DNA of 64,000 nucleotides, from NCBI GenBank assembly GCA_050258455.1, contig JBLMYT010000061.1, positions 41,049 to 105,048 of the forward strand, read 5' to 3'. Of the stretch, positions 60,802-64,000 are shown piece after piece. The position numbers and the translations under genes were made by a program. The notes under the pieces are model-generated. The model searched no databases, had not been told where the DNA came from, and worked only from the letters and a program-made list of their open reading frames with translations. Position 1 is the first letter of the stretch. Each line of letters opens with the position of its first letter. Source of the DNA: Candidatus Omnitrophota bacterium (GTDB lineage: Bacteria; Acidobacteriota; Aminicenantia; UBA2199).

Positions 60802-61905
60802 TTATCTTACCAGTTGAACCCGGACGATCTCATTTCCTGAAAAGACGCGCATCGGCACTCCCATCACGCTCGAACCCGGTGAGGTATAAATGTAGGCCTT
60901 CCCTCTATGATACAAGCCATTGGCATACGAATAAACAAAGGGAATAACTAAATTGAGGGGCGGAATTTGGCCGGCATGGGTATGGCCGGAAAGCTGGAGG
61001 TCAACTCCGTAACTTTGCGCCATATTAAAATAATTCGGCCGATGAGAGAGCAGGATGACCGGGAGGGAAGGATTAACGGTTTTAAAGGCTTTGGACAGGT
61101 CCGGCCCTCCGATCGGGCAACTCACGCCTCGGGGGTCATTGATGCCGACCAATTGAATGCCTCCGGCCACGGTAACGGCTTCGTTGGTCAGAATCCGGAG
61201 GTTGCTTTGGGAGGCAAATTTTGAAAAATTTCTCCATCCTCGGACCAGATCATGGTTACCGGGAACTGCCATGGTTCCGTATTTGGCCTTCAGGCCTTTA
61301 AGCAGGGGAATAAAAGGGGCCCAATCCTCCACGGGTTTGAGGCCTTCGACCAGATCGCCGGTAATGACAATGAGATCCGGGTGCAGCCGGTTCACCTTTC
61401 GAACGGTTTGTTCCATCCATTCGGGTGTGGCAATGCTCCCCAGGTGGAGATCCGAGAGATGCACAATGGTAAACCCGGATAATGTTTGGGGCAATTTGGG
61501 CATCGGGATTTTAACGTCGTTGACCCGGGGAAGTCCCAGTCCATTAAATACTGCGTAAGCCGATAGGACAATAAACAGGCCAAGGCCGCCAAACACGATA
61601 TTGGCGCGATGACCGGGAAATAAAATGGAAATTCCCGTGACCGTGATGTAAAACGTTACCATGATACCGAGAACTCCCACCCAGGTTCCGGGGTATCGGA
61701 CAAAGACGGGAGCTTCTCCGGTGATCACATCGGGGATGAGGAGAAACAGGAGACCGGCCAGAAGAAGAAGGAGAAGGGTTTGTTTTTTGTGCCGGGGCAA
61801 TTGCAGTTTAAAGGTGAATGCTTTATACACCAGTAACAGTACCGCTATACCAAGGAATACACTAACCATAAGTTCTATCTTAATTATATATTCAATATTG
61901 ACCAA
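60802..61905 (-). CDS. Membrane-anchored calcineurin-like metallophosphoesterase
   Basis: N-terminal TM helices. HLSDLHLG, TGDLV, PGNHD, LLSHRP, SGHTHAGQ. Confidence 0.85.
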   Translation of the reverse strand: MVNIEYIIKIELMVSVFLGIAVLLLVYKAFTFKLQLPRHKKQTLLLLLLAGLLFLLIPDVITGEAPVFVRYPGTWVGVLGIMVTFYITVTGISILFPGHRANIVFGGLGLFIVLSAYAVFNGLGLPRVNDVKIPMPKLPQTLSGFTIVHLSDLHLGSIATPEWMEQTVRKVNRLHPDLIVITGDLVEGLKPVEDWAPFIPLLKGLKAKYGTMAVPGNHDLVRGWRNFSKFASQSNLRILTNEAVTVAGGIQLVGINDPRGVSCPIGGPDLSKAFKTVNPSLPVILLSHRPNYFNMAQSYGVDLQLSGHTHAGQIPPLNLVIPFVYSYANGLYHRGKAYIYTSPGSSVMGVPMRVFSGNEIVRVQLVR

Positions 61906-61913
61906 TCAGACGA

Positions 61914-62798
61914 CTAACGAAGGTTATTGGGTGGTTTGGAGATGGGGGATGATTCCGGTGTCGGTGGGGTGGCGGATTCCGTCCCTGTTTCCGACGGTGG
62001 GATTAAGGACGGGTTTTCGGGATTATTGAAGTAGTAGAAGATCAGGCTGATGCGGCGGTTGGTCGGACTGAACGGATCGGCGGAAATCGGTTTGGTATCT
62101 GCCAGACCGGTGACCCGAAGCAGGTTACTGGGAAGGAAACCGAGGCGTTCGAGTTCGCGTCGTGCCGAGGAGGCCCGTTCCGTGGACAATTCCCAATTCG
62201 TTTTCCCACCGGCTGAATACCGGTGGGCATCGGTGTGACCTTCGATGGCAACTTTGACCCCTTCCTGGCGGATCTTTTCCCACAGCACGGCCATGATCTT
62301 TTTCGCCATGGGGGTGAGTTCCGTACTGCCTGCGGCAAACATCGGGGCTCCTTCTTTATCGACCAACTGGATCATCAATGCGCCGTCTTCGGTCACTTCG
62401 ATCATGACCTGGTCCGAAACATCAGTTAATTTTTGCTGAATTTCGTTTTTCCATTCATCCATGATTTTGCGGGCTGCTTCGGAATATTTGTTGATGAAAA
62501 TGGGTTTGATGGGCGCTGCGTCTTTGTCTGCCTGATTGAATGTGATCTTTAATTTCTTGATCTTCTCATCGATTTTCTTTTTAATATCGGCTTCGCCTTT
62601 GGTGACATCGTATTCCTGGAAATATTCCTGAAGACCGATTTTCTCTTCCATTTTTTTAGCCGTCACCAGCCACATTAAGAGAAAGAAGGCCATCATGGCA
62701 GTGACAAAATCGGCGTACGCCACTTTCCAGCTTCCGCCGTGTGCCTTGTGGTCTTCGCCCTTTTTGACTTTTTTTATTTTTACGCCTTGCCTTTCCAT
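61914..62798 (-). CDS. motB: MotB-like stator protein (OmpA-like C-terminal domain)
   Basis: WKVAYADFVTAMMAFFLLMWL plug/TM region. IEGHTDA..NWELSTERASSARREL. Confidence 0.85.
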   Translation of the reverse strand: MERQGVKIKKVKKGEDHKAHGGSWKVAYADFVTAMMAFFLLMWLVTAKKMEEKIGLQEYFQEYDVTKGEADIKKKIDEKIKKLKITFNQADKDAAPIKPIFINKYSEAARKIMDEWKNEIQQKLTDVSDQVMIEVTEDGALMIQLVDKEGAPMFAAGSTELTPMAKKIMAVLWEKIRQEGVKVAIEGHTDAHRYSAGGKTNWELSTERASSARRELERLGFLPSNLLRVTGLADTKPISADPFSPTNRRISLIFYYFNNPENPSLIPPSETGTESATPPTPESSPISKPPNNLR

Positions 62799-63637
62799 TT
62801 TCGAATCTCGTTTTCAATTTCCTGAAATGTCGGGCGGCCGTGCGTGGGAATCGCGCGCCGGGCGGCTTCAACGGCCAGGGTCGGGTGGGTGCCTTCGGCG
62901 AACGCAACCAGTGCCATTTTAATGGCAATAAAGAACGCTTCTTCATCGCTTACCGCGTGTTCCAGGTAGGTGGCAATGGGGCCGACAAAACCGTAACACA
63001 TCAACACGCCCAGGAAGGTACCGACCAGGGCGGCGGCAACCGTGTGACCGAGTACTTCCGGGGGAGCCGCGATTTTGGCCATGGCCAGGGTAACGCCCAG
63101 AACGGCCGCGACAATTCCCAGACCCGGGAGACCGTCGGCGATTTTGGTGATCAGGCCGGGCGCGTACAAGGCTTCTTTATGTTGGGTTTCGATATCGATT
63201 TCGATCAGGCTTTCCAGTTGGTCCGGGGATCCGCCGGAGATTAAAATTCGAAGGTTATCCGTGATACTCAACCGGATTTTGGTGTGAGAGGTGATGGATT
63301 GAAATCGTTTAAAAATATCGCTTTTATCCGGGGCATCGATGTGCGGTTCCAGGGATATCAAGCCTTCTTTTTGGGCTTTGGCAAAAAGATTGTGAAGCAG
63401 CAGCAGCAAATCGAGGTAATTTTTTTTGTTTCCCAGAGACGGTTTGAATATCAATGTCACGTTTTTTATGACAGCGGAAAAATTTTTCCCCGCGGAGATA
63501 ATCAGAGAGAAAAAGGCAGCGCCGCCGATGATAATGTATTCGGCGGGTTGGAACATAATGCTGAGATTGCCCTGTTCCATCTTATAGCCCACGACTATCG
63601 ATAAAATAACACCGACCATACCAATTATTGCCATCAT
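62780..63637 (-). CDS. motA: MotA-like proton-channel stator protein
   Basis: 285 aa with 4 TM segments. LPGLGIVAAVLG..ALVGTFLGVLMCYGFVGP. Overlaps motB. Confidence 0.85.
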   Translation of the reverse strand: MMAIIGMVGVILSIVVGYKMEQGNLSIMFQPAEYIIIGGAAFFSLIISAGKNFSAVIKNVTLIFKPSLGNKKNYLDLLLLLHNLFAKAQKEGLISLEPHIDAPDKSDIFKRFQSITSHTKIRLSITDNLRILISGGSPDQLESLIEIDIETQHKEALYAPGLITKIADGLPGLGIVAAVLGVTLAMAKIAAPPEVLGHTVAAALVGTFLGVLMCYGFVGPIATYLEHAVSDEEAFFIAIKMALVAFAEGTHPTLAVEAARRAIPTHGRPTFQEIENEIRKWKGKA

Positions 63638-63726
63638 GTTACGTACTCCTTAACCAGCGTAAGTATGACTAAAAATCATGGAGTGAATATTGAACTGATG
63701 AACATCCGTATCATGTTCAAAAACGC

Positions 63727-63755
63727 ATTATACTAACTCGATAATGAATTGTCAA
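63727..63755 (-). promoter_or_regulatory. Consensus sigma-70 promoter upstream of motA
   Basis: Minus strand: TTGACA (63750-63755), 17 nt, TATAAT (63727-63732). A 7-bp-stem hairpin TGAACAT..ATGTTCA (63699-63719) lies in the leader. Confidence 0.55.
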
Positions 63756-64000
63756 TGAATTGTCGATGCGGTTTTAAATGGGTATGATAATTTTAATGGC
63801 TGATTAGGGGCCGCCCATACGGAAAACCGCGAACCGGCTGCCGGCCATCGGTTAATCTTCCGAATTTCGAGCCTCTATCAGGGTCGTCCATTCCTGCATT
63901 TTTTCCTTCAATAGGGATCTGGGAATGAGTTTGTGTTCATATTCGGTTACAAGCGTAGGGGAAAGTGTTCGGTTTAAGGCATACTCAACCACTTCATCAT

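Noticed and set aside
63853-64000. Possible 3' end of a minus-strand gene at the window edge
   Set aside because: Only about 49 codons are visible, no motif is recognisable, and it is truncated by the window.

Overview
All calls come from reading the sequence and ORF translations by eye. No homology search, folding or statistics were run, and GC content was not computed.

The window is from a diderm bacterium (Pal, YbgF/CpoB, SurA-like chaperones, an OM beta-barrel protein, MotAB, a sigma-54 activator). Taxon cannot be assigned from this window.

**Layout**
- **1-25.9 kb: NRPS locus.** Two giant NRPS genes lie on the + strand: (A)-T-C-A-T-C, cut by the window edge, and C-A-T-C-A-T-C.
- **6.4-17.7 kb: accessory island** splitting the two NRPS genes (11.4 kb). 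It holds:
  - a DUF4062-like/NACHT/WD40 NLR-type STAND NTPase;
  - a DUF4160/DUF2442 pair;
  - a 22-unit tandem array with a 21-22 bp period, each unit starting AAGGAG;
  - two near-identical AAA-ATPase/PDDEXK_9 paralogs and a COG1373-type ATPase.
  - All of these sit among composite hairpin repeats that supply near-consensus sigma-70 promoters and terminator-like hairpins.
- **26-30.5 kb:** M28 peptidase, radical SAM/SPASM maturase, orphan sigma-54 response regulator.
- **30.6-55.2 kb: housekeeping and envelope genes.** cinA, Wzm/Wzt, M23 and M16 peptidases, initiator tRNA, rfbB, Ser/Thr kinase, folE, pal-ybgF-ssb, MglA-like GTPase, SBP, PPIases.
- **55.3-60.6 kb:** a three-gene minus-strand cassette:
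  - a 169-aa Pro-rich repeat peptide;
  - a 950-aa PRTase + 2x AMMECR1 + helical-repeat fusion;
  - a B12-type radical SAM with a Cx7Cx2C cluster motif.
- **60.8-63.6 kb:** metallophosphoesterase and motBA.

**Most interesting observations**
1. Hairpin or inverted-repeat DNA elements are inserted in frame at the same three loop positions of the NRPS adenylation domains. One copy is in inverted orientation, and stems show compensatory changes.
2. The AAGGAG tandem array.
3. The rSAM/AMMECR1/repeat-peptide cassette.
4. The NLR-like gene, whose WD40 repeats are homogenised apart from short variable patches.
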